Positions 44,574 to 57,934 of a stretch of DNA of 64,000 nucleotides are shown piece by piece. The translations under genes were made by a program, and so were the position numbers. The stretch is from assembly GCA_038231135.1 (NCBI GenBank), contig JBBRLX010000007.1, positions 1,087 to 65,086 on the forward strand. Reading direction: 5' to 3'. The notes under the pieces are model-generated. The model did no database searches, was not told the origin of the DNA, and worked only from the letters and a program-made list of their open reading frames with translations. The stretch is from Candidatus Eiseniibacteriota bacterium. Lineage in GTDB: Bacteria > Eisenbacteria > RBG-16-71-46. The stretch's first letter is position 1. The number at the start of each line of letters is the position of its first letter.

Positions 44574-45709
44574 CGCAGCAGCTCCCAGGCGCGCGCGGCC
44601 GCCCTGCGCGCGGCCCCCGGGCCGCCGAGCCGGGTGCGCACGACCGCGAGCGCGTCCCGCGCGCGGTCGCGCGCCGCCTCATCGTCGAGCCAGCGCGCCA
44701 GCAGCGGCTCGAGTTCCGCGGTCGTGAACCGGGACTGGATGCGCTCGGGAGCCACCTCGGCCTGGGCGACGATGTTCGGCAGCCCGATGCGTTCCAGCCG
44801 CACCACGCGCCGCGCGATCGCGTAGTTGATCCGGCTGGTGCGATAGACGATCACGAGCGGCGTCCCGAACAGCGCAGTCTCGAGCGTCGCGGTGCCCGAG
44901 GCCACGATGCAGCACTCGGCGTGGGCCTGGATTGCGTGCGTGACGCCGCTCACCGCGCGCACCGGCGAATCCCTTGCCCGCAGCGATGCCGGCACCAGGT
45001 CCTCGAGTCCCGGCGCCACGGCCACGAGCCCCGTCACGCCGGGGCGGCCGGCCGCGAGCGCCCGTGCGGTCGCGACCATGGTGCCGAGATGCGACTGGAA
45101 CTCGCCGCGGCGGCTGCCGGGCAACAGCCCGACGATGCGGGCATCCGGACCGACGCCGGCGCGCGCGCGCAGTTCCATGGCGTCGCATTCGGCGGCGAGA
45201 TCCTCGACCAGCGGATGACCGACGAACCAGGCGTCGACGCCGGCGGCGCGGAACAGCGGCTCCTCGAACGGGAACACCACGCCGAGCCGTGTCACCCACC
45301 GCGCCATGTTCCGCGCCCGCTCCGCATGCCACGCCCACACCTGGGGCGCGATGTAGTAGAACACCGGGATGCCGCCCGCCGCGAGTGCTGGGCCCACGCG
45401 GAAATTGAATCCCGGCGAATCGACGAGGATCGCGAGCTCGGGCCGGAACGCGGCGGCGGCGGCTTGCACGGCGCGCCCGACCGCGAGGATGCGCGGCAGC
45501 CGCGCCAGCACGCCGGTGAACCCGACCACCGCCAGGTCGCGTGACGCGGCGATCGACCGCACGCCCGCGCGTTCCAGCGCCGGACCCGTGACGCCGCACA
45601 CGTCGATCGGCCCCGACTCCCGCATGGCGGCGACGAGCCGGGCGGCGTGGCGGTCGCCCGAGGACTCGCCGGCGACGATCAGGACGCGGCGGGCGACTCG
45701 AGCTTCCAC
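44570..45709 (-). CDS. lpxB: Lipid-A-disaccharide synthase
   Basis: RVLIVAGESSGDRHAARLVAAM N-terminus. ...YIAPQVWAWH...LLPGSR... GTG start is approximate and overlaps the upstream gene. Confidence 0.82.
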   Translation of the reverse strand: MEARVARRVLIVAGESSGDRHAARLVAAMRESGPIDVCGVTGPALERAGVRSIAASRDLAVVGFTGVLARLPRILAVGRAVQAAAAAFRPELAILVDSPGFNFRVGPALAAGGIPVFYYIAPQVWAWHAERARNMARWVTRLGVVFPFEEPLFRAAGVDAWFVGHPLVEDLAAECDAMELRARAGVGPDARIVGLLPGSRRGEFQSHLGTMVATARALAAGRPGVTGLVAVAPGLEDLVPASLRARDSPVRAVSGVTHAIQAHAECCIVASGTATLETALFGTPLVIVYRTSRINYAIARRVVRLERIGLPNIVAQAEVAPERIQSRFTTAELEPLLARWLDDEAARDRARDALAVVRTRLGGPGAARRAAARAWELLR

Positions 45710-46674
45710 TGCTCCGCGCGGCGTTTCATGGCGTCGCGCACCTGCTCGGCGATCGCGAGCGCGTCGCGGCCCGCGCGGCCCGACGCGGCGCCCGCCCCCT
45801 CCCCGCGCAGCGACGCCAGGAACGCGGTCAGTTCGAGCGTGAGCGGCTCGCCGGCCGGCACGTCGAGTTTGACCCGGCGGATGCCACGCAGCAGCGCCGC
45901 CGGATCCGCGAGCCCCGGCCGGAACGCCGCCGGGTCCTCGATCACGTAGGCCTCGCCGGTCTTCTCGAACAGGTCCACCGACACGTAGGCGTTCGCCTGG
46001 AAGAATCGCAGCCGCCGCAACCGCTCCGCCGACACGCGGCTGGCCGTGAGGTTTGCGACGCAGCCGTCGTCGAATTCCAGGCGGGCGTTCGCGATGTCCT
46101 CGTTGCCCGACAGCACGGCGACGCCGACCGCCGACACCTGGACCGGGCTCCGGCCGGTGATGTGCAGCACCGCATCCAGGTCGTGGATCATGAGATCGAA
46201 CACGACGTCGATGTCGAGCGAGCGCGGCTGGAACTTGGCGAGCCGGTGGCCCTCGATGAATTTGGGCGCCGACACGAACGGCCGCGCCGCGATCAGCGCG
46301 GGATTGAACCGCTCGACCTGGCCGACCTGCAGCACGCGGCCGGCGCGCTGCGCCGCCGCCAGCATCGCGTCGGCTTCGGCGACCGTGGCCGCCATCGGCT
46401 TCTCGACCAGCACGTGGCAGCCGCGGGCGAGCGCGCGCTCGACGGCGTCGAGATGCGCCACCGTCGGCGTCGCCACCGACACCGCCTCGCACGCGGCGAG
46501 CAGCGCGTCGGCGGTGTCGAACGCACGGCAGCCGTGCTGCGCCGCGACCGCCGCCGCTTGGGCCGGATCGCGGTCGTGGACTCCGACGAGCTCGGCGCCC
46601 GGCAACGCGGCATAGACGCGGGCGTGCTTCTCGCCCCACGCCCCGACGCCCCACACTCCGACCGGCGTCGCCAT
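45679..46674 (-). CDS. Gfo/Idh/MocA-family NAD(P)-dependent oxidoreductase (GnnA-like candidate)
   Basis: VGVWGVGAWGEKHARVY Rossmann N-terminus and ...EKPMAA... motif. Located between lpxA and lpxB. Confidence 0.7.
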   Translation of the reverse strand: MATPVGVWGVGAWGEKHARVYAALPGAELVGVHDRDPAQAAAVAAQHGCRAFDTADALLAACEAVSVATPTVAHLDAVERALARGCHVLVEKPMAATVAEADAMLAAAQRAGRVLQVGQVERFNPALIAARPFVSAPKFIEGHRLAKFQPRSLDIDVVFDLMIHDLDAVLHITGRSPVQVSAVGVAVLSGNEDIANARLEFDDGCVANLTASRVSAERLRRLRFFQANAYVSVDLFEKTGEAYVIEDPAAFRPGLADPAALLRGIRRVKLDVPAGEPLTLELTAFLASLRGEGAGAASGRAGRDALAIAEQVRDAMKRRAEQWKLESPAAS

Positions 46675-46679
46675 GGCGG

Positions 46680-47456
46680 TCAGCGCGTGAGCCCGCGCAC
46701 CGACGTCTCGGCGAACCGGGCGAAGTGCTCGACCTCGGGCAGCGGCGGCAGCTCGGCCCTGATCGCGGCGACCGCGGCCGTCACGGTCAGGCCGTTGCGG
46801 AACAGGATGCGATACGCGCGATCGAGCGCGGCGCGGACGGCGGCGGAGAACCCGCGGCGTTCGAGGCCCACGGAGTTGAGGCCCGCGATGCGCGGCGGGG
46901 CTCCCGAGGCCATCACATACGGCGCCACGTCCTGCGCGACCCGCGAGCAGCCGCCGATCATGCTGTGGCAGCCGACGCGCACGAACTGGTGCACCGCGGA
47001 CAGTCCGCCCACGATCGCCCAGTCCTCGATCGTCACGAACCCGGCCATCTGCACCCCGTTCGCGAGCACCACGCGGTCGCCGACCCGGCAATCGTGCGCG
47101 ACGTGCGCGTAGGCCATGATCAGGCAGTGGCTGCCGACGCGCGTCGTGGCCCCGGACTCGGAGGCCAGGTGCACGGTGGAGAACTCGCGCAGCACGGTGT
47201 GGTCGCCGATCTCGACGTACGACTCGGCGCCCGTGTACTTGAGGTCCTGCGGCGGCGCGCCGACCACGGCGCAATGGTGCACCTGGCAGCCGCGGCCGAG
47301 CGTCGACCAGCCGGTGACGAGCGCATGCGAGCCGATCCGCGCCCCGTCGCCGATCCGGACGTGAGGTCCGATCATGGCGCCCGGCTCGACGATGACGCCG
47401 TCGCCGAGCTGGGCGCCGGGGTCGACGAACGCCGCCGGGTGAACGTCCACCGTCAT
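46680..47456 (-). CDS. lpxA: Acyl-ACP--UDP-N-acetylglucosamine O-acyltransferase
   Basis: 258 aa. Left-handed beta-helix hexapeptide repeats and a C-terminal helical domain. ATG overlaps the fabZ-fusion stop. Confidence 0.85.
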   Translation of the reverse strand: MTVDVHPAAFVDPGAQLGDGVIVEPGAMIGPHVRIGDGARIGSHALVTGWSTLGRGCQVHHCAVVGAPPQDLKYTGAESYVEIGDHTVLREFSTVHLASESGATTRVGSHCLIMAYAHVAHDCRVGDRVVLANGVQMAGFVTIEDWAIVGGLSAVHQFVRVGCHSMIGGCSRVAQDVAPYVMASGAPPRIAGLNSVGLERRGFSAAVRAALDRAYRILFRNGLTVTAAVAAIRAELPPLPEVEHFARFAETSVRGLTR

Positions 47457-48778
47457 GGCCGTCTCGACACCACGGTGGCGAGCAGCTCCGCCTCCGCCAC
47501 CAGCTGATCGTCGACGAACGCCTCGCCGCGCATCTTGGACGTGCCGGCCTTCAGCTTGAGCAGCGTGATCCGAAACCGCAGCTGGTCGCCGGGCGTCACC
47601 GGCCGGCGGAACCGCGCGCCGTCGATGCCCATGAAGTACATCAGCTTGTCGTTCGGATCCTCGACCGAGTTGAGCAGCAAGAGCCCCCCGACCTGCGCCA
47701 TCGCCTCGAGGATCAGCACCGCGGGCATGATCGGGTGGCCGGGGAAATGCCCGGCGAAGAACGGCTCGTTGATCGTGACGTTCTTGATGCCTTCGATCCA
47801 CTGGCCTTCCTCGAGGTGCGTGATGCGGTCGACCAGCAGCATCGGATAGCGATGCGGGAGGATCTCGAGGATCGACGTGATGTCCCACTCGTCGGGCGCG
47901 GCGCCGGCCCTGCGCCCCGGCAGCGGCAGCGCCGCCTTGAGATGCTTGACGAACGCCACGTGGCCCGCATGGCCCGCGCGCCGCGCCTGCACGTGGCCAA
48001 GCAGCGGACCGCCGAGCAGCGACAGGTCGCCCAGCAGGTCGAGGATCTTGTGACGCACGAACTCGTCCGGGTAGCGCAGCGGCTCGCGGTTGCGCAGTTC
48101 GCCGTCCTCCCCCACGACCAGGGCGCTCTCGAGCCGCCCACCCTTGATCCAGCCGGCGGCGCGCAGCGCCTCGATGTCGCGCTCGAGCACGAACGTGCGG
48201 GCCGGCGCGATCTCCTTCATGAACGACTCGCGATCGATGTCGAGGCTGAGCGTCTGGCAGCCGATCAGCGGATGGTCGTAGTCGATCGTGAACGTGATCT
48301 TGAACCCGTTGTACGGCAGCGCCGACAACTCGACGCCGTTCTCGCTCCAGCGCACCGGCTTCGTGACCTTGATGTGCCGGCGCGCGCGGTCCTGCTCTAG
48401 GAGCCCGGCTTCGAGCAGCAGGTGGGCGATCGGCGCGGCGCTGCCGTCTTTGGGTTCCGGGATCTCCATGGTGGTGGTCTCGATGCGCACGTTGTCGATG
48501 CCGAGGCCGGCGACGGCGGCGAGCAGGTGCTCCATGGTGTGGATCTGGACGCCGTTCTGCTGCAGGATCGTGCGCCGCCCCGCCCGCGGATCGAAATGCG
48601 CGTTCTCGGGCCGCACCTCGACCTCCGGCTGGTTCGGCAGGTCGACGCGCACGAACCGCACGCCGGTGCCGGCCGCCGCCGGGCGGAACGTTACGGACCC
48701 GGCCTCGCCGGTATGCAGCCCGATACCCTCGATCGTCACCGGACGAGCGAGGGTGTGCTGCTGCTCGCGAGGCGTCAT
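47453..48778 (-). CDS. lpxC: Bifunctional UDP-3-O-acyl-GlcNAc deacetylase / 3-hydroxyacyl-ACP dehydratase (LpxC-FabZ fusion)
   Basis: N-terminal LpxC ([17 protein letters not shown]...HTMEHLLAA...). C-terminal hot-dog FabZ ([23 protein letters not shown]). Confidence 0.85.
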   Translation of the reverse strand: MTPREQQHTLARPVTIEGIGLHTGEAGSVTFRPAAAGTGVRFVRVDLPNQPEVEVRPENAHFDPRAGRRTILQQNGVQIHTMEHLLAAVAGLGIDNVRIETTTMEIPEPKDGSAAPIAHLLLEAGLLEQDRARRHIKVTKPVRWSENGVELSALPYNGFKITFTIDYDHPLIGCQTLSLDIDRESFMKEIAPARTFVLERDIEALRAAGWIKGGRLESALVVGEDGELRNREPLRYPDEFVRHKILDLLGDLSLLGGPLLGHVQARRAGHAGHVAFVKHLKAALPLPGRRAGAAPDEWDITSILEILPHRYPMLLVDRITHLEEGQWIEGIKNVTINEPFFAGHFPGHPIMPAVLILEAMAQVGGLLLLNSVEDPNDKLMYFMGIDGARFRRPVTPGDQLRFRITLLKLKAGTSKMRGEAFVDDQLVAEAELLATVVSRRP

Positions 48779-49833
48779 CTCACCTTTTCCCGGTCGCTGT
48801 GCTGTTCGATCTCCGTCACGCGGCGCTCGAGGTCCTTGGTGCGCTGGAACAGTTCCGGCAGCTTCTGGATGAACGCCATCACCCGCTTGAACAGCGAGTG
48901 CGGCATGGCGGGGAAGAACCCGGCCACCACCGCCTCCTCGGGCACCGACTTGCTGACGCCGCTCTTGGCGCCGATCGTGGCGCGGCGGCCGACCACGATG
49001 TGACCGATCAGGCCGGCCTGCCCGCCGATCGTGACGTAGTCCTCGAGCCGCGTGCTGCCGGAGATGCCGACCTGCGCGACGATGATGCAGTGGCGGCCGA
49101 TCACCACGTTGTGGCCGATCTGGACCAGGTTGTCGATCTTGGTGCCGTCGCCGATCCGCGTGCTGTCGGTGGTCGCGCGGTCGACGGTCGTGTTGGCGCC
49201 GATCTCGACGTCGTCGCCCACGATCACGTTACCCACCTGCGGCACCTTGTGGTAGCGGCCGTCGTCGAACGCGAACCCGAAACCGTCGCTGCCGATCACG
49301 ACGCCGGGGTGCAGCAGGCAGCGGTCGCCGATGTGACAGTGGTCGCGCACGGTGACGTTGGGATACACGCGGGTGTCGGCGCCGAGCGTGGCGCCGGCAC
49401 CGACGTAGCAGCCGGCCATCAGCACGGTGCGCTCGCCGATGCGGGCGCCGGCCTCGATCACGCAGCGTGGTCCGACCGACGCCGAGTCCGCGAGCTGGGC
49501 GTCCGGCGCCACCACCGCCGTGGGATGGACCCCGGGCGCCTGCACGTTGGCCTCGGGGCGGAACACCAGCACGATGCGCTGAAACGCCAGGTACGGATTG
49601 TCGACCTGCAGCAGCGGGACCGGTGAGCTGCGCGGCTCCCGCGAGCAGATCACCGCCGACGCGCCGGTCTCGAGCAGGTAGGAGTCGTAGCGGGCGTTCG
49701 CGAGGAACGTGATGTCCCCGGCCGTCGCCTCGCGGATCCCCGCCACGCCGTGGATCGGGGTCTCGGGGTCACCGTTCACCTCGCCGCCGACGAGTTCGGC
49801 GAGCTCCCTCAGCGTACGCGTCATGGTGGCCAT
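48775..49833 (-). CDS. lpxD: UDP-3-O-(3-hydroxyacyl)glucosamine N-acyltransferase
   Basis: Hexapeptide-repeat LbH domain, LpxD N-terminal domain and C-terminal helix. Confidence 0.85.
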   Translation of the reverse strand: MATMTRTLRELAELVGGEVNGDPETPIHGVAGIREATAGDITFLANARYDSYLLETGASAVICSREPRSSPVPLLQVDNPYLAFQRIVLVFRPEANVQAPGVHPTAVVAPDAQLADSASVGPRCVIEAGARIGERTVLMAGCYVGAGATLGADTRVYPNVTVRDHCHIGDRCLLHPGVVIGSDGFGFAFDDGRYHKVPQVGNVIVGDDVEIGANTTVDRATTDSTRIGDGTKIDNLVQIGHNVVIGRHCIIVAQVGISGSTRLEDYVTIGGQAGLIGHIVVGRRATIGAKSGVSKSVPEEAVVAGFFPAMPHSLFKRVMAFIQKLPELFQRTKDLERRVTEIEQHSDREKVR

Positions 49834-49836
49834 CCC

Positions 49837-50442
49837 CTACTTCGTCGTGGGCGTGGTCGTGGGCGTGCGGCTCTTGAGTTCGGCGAGCACGTCCCCGGTG
49901 AGGTCCAGCGTGCGATTCGCGTAGATGATGTAGCCGCTCGCCGAATCGAGCACCAGATCGAGCGCCCGGTCGCTCGCCACCTTCTCGACCGCCGAGCGGA
50001 TCTGCGCCACCACGTCGCCGGTGGCGCGCTCGTTCTCCTGCACGGCCTTGCCCTGCGGGCCCCAGATGTCCTGGATGAACCGCTCGTAGTCGCTGATCGC
50101 CTTCTGCAGCGCCTCCTCCTTCTCCTGGCGCTTGAGCGCGGACAGGATCGGCGACTGGTCGCGGACCTCGGTGCGCAGCTGCTCCACCGCCTTCTGCTTC
50201 TCGGCGGCCTCGTCGCGCCAGCCGGTCACCTGGCGGTCGAACCGCGACTGCGCCTCCTTCGCGGTGTCGAACTCGAGGAAGATGCGGGCGGAATCGATGT
50301 ACCCGACGCGAAAGTCCGCCGCGCGGGACACCGACCCCGGGCTCACAGCGCCCAGCAGACACACGAAGGCGAGGCCGATCCGGCGAGCGACGCGTGCACG
50401 GATTCGGAGCGGCAGGTGCGAGGTGCGGGGGACGCGCATCAT
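49837..50442 (-). CDS. skp: OmpH/Skp-family periplasmic chaperone
   Basis: Signal peptide, then a long coiled-coil. Position between bamA and lpxD. Confidence 0.75.
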   Translation of the reverse strand: MMRVPRTSHLPLRIRARVARRIGLAFVCLLGAVSPGSVSRAADFRVGYIDSARIFLEFDTAKEAQSRFDRQVTGWRDEAAEKQKAVEQLRTEVRDQSPILSALKRQEKEEALQKAISDYERFIQDIWGPQGKAVQENERATGDVVAQIRSAVEKVASDRALDLVLDSASGYIIYANRTLDLTGDVLAELKSRTPTTTPTTK

Positions 50443-52869
50443 CAGAAGCCGATGTTTCCGATCAGGAAGTGACCCTTGAACCGGCCCTTGCGGGTGTAGA
50501 CGCCGGTCGCGGTGTTGAATTCCTCGTGATTGAATCCGTAGCCGTAGTCGAATCCGATGTTTCCGAGCAGCGGGATCTCCATGCGGAACCCCAGCCCCAG
50601 GCTCATCTTGAGGTCGAACGGCTTGATTTCCCGCGGCATGTCCCAGGTGTTGCCGGCATCGAAGAAGACCACACCGTGAAGCGGATGAACAACCGGAAAC
50701 TGTTGTTCGATCGTATAGACCGTCATGAACCGGCCGCCGGGATAGCGCACCGACCGGTAGCTGGTGGTGTGAACACCGGTGCTGTCCGTGGTGGTCACCG
50801 GAATCGCGTCCTGGAACTTCCTCGGCACCACCTCGTAATCGTCGTAACCGCGCAACGGGTCGAGAGTCGTGCCGCCACCCAGTCGGAACCGTTCGTAGGG
50901 CGGCACCGGGTACCGCTGGCCCACGTAGCCGCTCAGCACGGCGACCCGGCTCTTGATCATGGTGGTGAGGCCCTTGAGGATCGACGGCAGATACAGCCGC
51001 CCCTCACCGCGATGCTTGTTGAAGTTCACGGCCCCTCCGAACGCGCCCCCGGCGAGCTCGCTATCGAGCTCGAGCCGGGTGCCCCGCGTGGGATAGAACG
51101 GATTGTCCGTGCTGTTGCGGCTGAACGTGAAGTCGAAGCTGCTCGTCAGGACACCCTTCCCCACCTGGACCCCCTGGAGCACGGTGGAGTCCTCGGGCGA
51201 GAGCGTATCGCTGAACGCGGTGATCTTCACGTTCTCGAGCCGGTAACTGACCGATCCGCGCGAATAGTCGGGCCACGGCAGCGGCCGTCCGATGCGGCCC
51301 GAGCCGCCGGTGCGGCGGTCGTTGTACAGGTCGAGCTCGCGATAGGTGTTGAACAGCGAGAACCCGAGCAGCGTGGGCGTGCCGCGGAACCACGGCTCGG
51401 TGAAGCTCAGCTCGTAGTCCGAGGTCTTGCCGCCGCGCTCGAGGTGCATGTTCACGCTCTGGCCGTTGCCGAGCACGTTGTTGTGGCCGAGCTCGACGAA
51501 GCCGGTGACGCCGCTCTGGCTGGTGTAGCCGGCGCCCGCGGAGGCGGTGCCGACCTGCTTCTCCTTGATCTTGAGATTGATGTCGACGTCGGTGCTCTCG
51601 ACGGGAGCGAAGTCGATCTGCACGTCCTCGAAGATCCCGAGCCGCATGATGTCGCCCTGGGTCCGGATCAGCGCCGAGCGGCGGAACTGGTCGCCCTCGT
51701 GGATCGAGATCTCGCGGCGGATCACGTTCTCACGCGTGCCCTTGTTCCCCGCGATGTTCACGAACCGCACCTTGGACGGCAGGCCCTCCGTGACGTGGAA
51801 CACCACGTCGACCAGCGAGTCCCGCACGGCCTCGCGCGGCTCGATGTTGAGGTACAGGTAACCCTTCTCGGCGTACTCGCCGTACGCGGCGCTCTGCGCC
51901 CGTTCGATGCGGGACTGGTCGTACTGGACGCGGTTGCCCTTCGTGCGCCAGCCCTTCTCGAGCGTGGCCGTCGGCAGCGCGCTGTTCCCCGACCACGAGA
52001 TCGCGCCGAAATCGTAGTGGCGCCCCTCGTCGACCGTGACCCGGTAGATCAACCGGTCGGAGCGCGACCCCGGCAACAGGTCGTGCGACGCGACGGTGGC
52101 GTCGCGGTAGCCGTTCTTGTGGTAGACGGCCTCGATCCCGGTCGCGTCGTCGGCGATGTTCTCGTCCTTGACGTCGCCGCCGCCCAGCGCCCAGCGTGCG
52201 TGGGACTTCATGGCCTTGCGAAGCCTCCGGGGGGCGATCGCGTGCACGCCCGCGAACTCGATCCGCTGGATCTTGACCTTCTCGCCCTCTGCGATCTTGA
52301 ACGTCACCGTGACCAGTTGGGTCGCGGCGGCGGTGTCGGCCTGGGCCTGGACGGTGGCGCGGGCGTAGCCTTCGCCATGGTAGTAGTGGATCAGCGAGTC
52401 GATCTGGGCCTCGACGAGCGTCGGCTGGAACGCCTCGCCGACGTGCAGGTTCATGTGCTTCTCGAGATCGCTGTTCTCGCGCTTCTTGTTGCCCGCGAAC
52501 GCGATCTTGCCGATGCGCGGCCGCTCCTTCACGTGGATCACGAGATCCACCTGGGAATCGTGCTGTACCGGGTCCACGAAGATGTCGCCGAACAGGCCGA
52601 GCGCGAACAACTTGCGAATCCCGCGCTTCACCATGTCCTCGGAGAACCGGGTGCCGGACTGCACCTCGAACGTGCGCAGCACGCGCGCGCTGTCGACGGC
52701 CACGTTGCCCTGGACGCTGACGCGTCCGACGCGCAGCTCGGTTGGCGTCGTCGCCGGCGCGCCGACCGTGACCGAGTCCGGGACCGCCGCGGCCGGGGCA
52801 GCGGGCGCTTGCGCGCCCGATGCCGCCGGCAGCACGGCGAGCAGGATCAGACCCAGCGCCGCGGAGGCG

Positions 52870-52889
<20 letters not shown>
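50442..52889 (-). CDS. bamA: Outer membrane protein assembly factor BamA
   Basis: Five POTRA-like repeats. C-terminal 16-strand barrel ending ...GHFLIGNIGF. The only start giving a signal peptide (RHLRVSASAALGLILLAVLPAASGAQA) is a CTG at 52889, inside the clpC 3' end. Start is low confidence. Confidence 0.75.
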
Positions 52890-55362
<2,473 letters not shown>

Positions 55363-55485
55363 GAGGTTGTGCTGGGGGCATTCGAATCAGGTTCACCCGC
55401 TTCGAAACCCTTCGCGACTCCTTTCCGGTTATTTTCTCAAGAATCTGGTGTTCGTGTGGTGGTTGCTCCGTCCTATTCAGAATAC

Positions 55486-55508
55486 GACCCCCGTCAAACC
55501 GGCGGGGG
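55486..55508 (-). terminator. Candidate intrinsic terminator after mcsB (CCCCCG...CGGGGG stem, then UCGUAUUCU)
   Basis: Minus-strand read: CCCCCCGCCGGTTTGACGGGGGtcgtattctg, immediately 3' of the mcsB stop. Confidence 0.4.
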
Positions 55509-55510
55509 GA

Positions 55511-56596
55511 TCAGGTCTCCGTGGCCGCCAGGCGTTCGCGCACCAGCTGGGCGCGATACACGTTGCGTTCGGCGGGCGTCAGGTCGGTGCCGAACCGGCG
55601 CTGCAGATGCGCGGGCTGGGCGACGACCAGCAGCTCGTTGAGCACGCTGAGCGGGCACATGCCGCTGAGGCCGAGCGCCACCCCGAGCCGCACCGCCGAG
55701 CACAGGTTGATGACTTCGCGGGCGTGGATCGAGCGGCAGTAGCGCAGCGTGCCGTACGCGCGCCACACCTTGTCCTCGATCTGCACCCGGGCGTCGCGCA
55801 GCATGCGCTCGCGCGCGCGTTCCTCGGTCTCGATGATCTGGCGCGTCACGCGCTCGAGGCTCTCGATGGAATCGTGCTCGCTGCGGCCGAGCGTGGTCTG
55901 GTTCGAGATCTGGAACAGGTTGCCCATCACCTCGCTGTGCTCGCCGTACAGTCCGCGCACGTTGAGCCCCACCTGCATGATGCTCTTGAGCACCTTCTGG
56001 ATCTCGTCGAGGAGCACCAGCGCCGGCAGATGGATCAGCACCGACGCGCGCAGCCCGGTGCCGGCGTTCGTCGGGCACGATGTGAGGTAGCCGATCTCGT
56101 CCGAGAACGCGAAGTCGAGCGCCTGGTCGAGTTCGTCGTCGGCGGCGTCGGCGCGCGCCCACGCCTCGGCGAGCTGGAACCCGGGCGTCATCGCCTGCAG
56201 CCGCAGGTGGTCCTCCTCGTTGATCATCAGCGACAGCCGCTCCTCGGGCGCGATCGCGATGCCGCGCGGGCGGGCGCCGTCCCCCAGCTCGTGGCTCACC
56301 AGCCGGCGTTCGACCAGGATCTGGCGTTCGACCGGCGTGAGCTCCTGCATCTTGAGGAACAGGCCGCCGTGGAACGCGGCCGACTGCTGCGCCGCGTTCG
56401 ACACGCTCACCAGCACGCCCTGCAGTTGCTCCTCGCGGGCGCGATGCGTGAACGGCACGCTCTGCAGATTGCGGGCGAGCCGGATGCGGGTGCTGAGCAC
56501 GAGGTCCGCGTGCGGGCCGTCGCCGCCGAGCCACGGGCTCGGCTGCTCGAGCAGCGGATCGATCGGGTGGCTCGAGTGGCCGTTGGGTTCGGTCAT
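55511..56596 (-). CDS. mcsB: Protein-arginine kinase McsB
   Basis: Phosphagen-kinase-like domain (...SCPTNAGTGLRASV...). ATGA overlap with mcsA. Confidence 0.8.
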   Translation of the reverse strand: MTEPNGHSSHPIDPLLEQPSPWLGGDGPHADLVLSTRIRLARNLQSVPFTHRAREEQLQGVLVSVSNAAQQSAAFHGGLFLKMQELTPVERQILVERRLVSHELGDGARPRGIAIAPEERLSLMINEEDHLRLQAMTPGFQLAEAWARADAADDELDQALDFAFSDEIGYLTSCPTNAGTGLRASVLIHLPALVLLDEIQKVLKSIMQVGLNVRGLYGEHSEVMGNLFQISNQTTLGRSEHDSIESLERVTRQIIETEERARERMLRDARVQIEDKVWRAYGTLRYCRSIHAREVINLCSAVRLGVALGLSGMCPLSVLNELLVVAQPAHLQRRFGTDLTPAERNVYRAQLVRERLAATET

Positions 56597-57132
56597 GACG
56601 CCTGCTCCGGATTGGCGGTGCTCGGTTCGGCCTGCGGTTCGGACTCGAGACGCTTGATCTCGTCCCGGATCGAGGCGGCGTGCTCGAATTCCTCGCGCTC
56701 CACGGCCCGCTGCAGTTCGTCGTGCAGCCGGTGGATCTGGCGCGAGCGATTCGCCCCCACGCCATCGCGCGTCGGGGTCTTGCCGCGGTGGCGCGTGTCG
56801 CCGTGGATGCGGCGCAACAGCGGCCGCAGCTGGAACTGGAACGCGGTGTAGCAGTCAGCGCAGCCCAGCCGGCCGGTCTCCTTGAACGCGGAGTAGCGCA
56901 GGCCGCAGCGCGGGCACTGCACGCTGCCGACCCGCTCCTCGTCGGTCGTCGTCATGCCGTCGACCATCCCCGCCAGCAGGTCCGCGATGTCGAACTTGCC
57001 CTGCTTGGCGCCGGCCTGGAGCCCGCGTTCCTCGGCGCACCGGTCGCACACGTGGATCTCCGACATCTTGTTGTCGTGGATCTCGGTGAAATGAACGGTC
57101 GCCGGGTTCTTGCCGCACACCTGACACAGCAT
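56593..57132 (-). CDS. mcsA: McsA-like activator of McsB (zinc-finger, UvrB/UvrC motif)
   Basis: MLCQVCGKNPATVHFTEI...CDRCAEE...CPRCG...CADCY Cys clusters. C-terminal UVR motif (EEFEHAASIRDEIKRLE). ATG 8 nt after AGAGGA. Confidence 0.75.
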   Translation of the reverse strand: MLCQVCGKNPATVHFTEIHDNKMSEIHVCDRCAEERGLQAGAKQGKFDIADLLAGMVDGMTTTDEERVGSVQCPRCGLRYSAFKETGRLGCADCYTAFQFQLRPLLRRIHGDTRHRGKTPTRDGVGANRSRQIHRLHDELQRAVEREEFEHAASIRDEIKRLESEPQAEPSTANPEQAS

Positions 57133-57145
57133 CGAAGGCATCCTC

Positions 57146-57934
57146 TCAGGCTGGCACGAGCCGGCCGGCCCGCAGCACCAGGGTGCGGTCTGCGAGCGCC
57201 GCCAGCCTATCATTGTGAGTTACCACCACAAACGTTTGATGCCGTTCGCGCGCCAGCGTCGCCAGCAGTTCGTGGAGCAGCGTGGCGTTGGCGCTGTCGA
57301 GGTTGCCGGACGGCTCGTCCGCGAGCACGAGTTCCGGCTCCGCCACCAGCGCGCGGGCGACCGCCACCCGCTGCGCCTCCCCGCCCGACAGCTCGGACGG
57401 CAGGTGCAGCCAGCGCTCGTCGAGGCCCACCGCGTGCATCGCGGCGCGGGCCCGTTCGCGCGCTATCGAAGGCTCGATCTTCGCGATGAGCAGCGGCATC
57501 ATCACGTTCTCCTCGGCGGTGAACTCGGGCAACAGATGGTGGAACTGGAACACGAACCCCAGCGAGCGGGCCCGGAACGCGGCGAGCTCGCGCCCGCCCA
57601 ACCGGTCCAGCCGCTGCCCCCGCACCATGACGATCCCGGCATCGGCACGGTCGAGTGTCCCGAGAATGTTCAACAACGTGCTCTTCCCGGACCCCGACGC
57701 CCCCAGGATCACGACGATCGTCCCGCGCCGGACCTCGAGTTCCGCATCGTCGAGCACGACGAGCGACCCGGTGGGCGTACGATAGGACTTCGTCAAGCCC
57801 GTGGCGGCGAGCGCCACGTCATGGCCGGTTATCGGCGCCGACCCCGCCGCGTTTGAGGCCTGCGTTGGGGCGCCCGACCCGGACACCGGGGCGGGCACTG
57901 CGGCGCCCGCGCCGCCCGGGCTCGCGGCGGTCAT
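57146..57934 (-). CDS. lolD: Lipoprotein-releasing system ATP-binding protein LolD-like
   Basis: [15 protein letters not shown] Walker [32 protein letters not shown] overlap with the upstream permease. Confidence 0.78.
   Translation of the reverse strand: MTAASPGGAGAAVPAPVSGSGAPTQASNAAGSAPITGHDVALAATGLTKSYRTPTGSLVVLDDAELEVRRGTIVVILGASGSGKSTLLNILGTLDRADAGIVMVRGQRLDRLGGRELAAFRARSLGFVFQFHHLLPEFTAEENVMMPLLIAKIEPSIARERARAAMHAVGLDERWLHLPSELSGGEAQRVAVARALVAEPELVLADEPSGNLDSANATLLHELLATLARERHQTFVVVTHNDRLAALADRTLVLRAGRLVPA

Noticed and set aside
55363-55510. CtsR operator or CIRCE/HAIR heat-shock operator upstream of clpC
   Set aside because: No tandem GGTCAAA heptads, no TTAGCACTC-N9-GAGTGCTAA, and no CTTGAGT-N7-ACTCAAG. 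Only TTCGAA repeats and a weak sigma32-like -35 are visible; these are noted as a finding instead.
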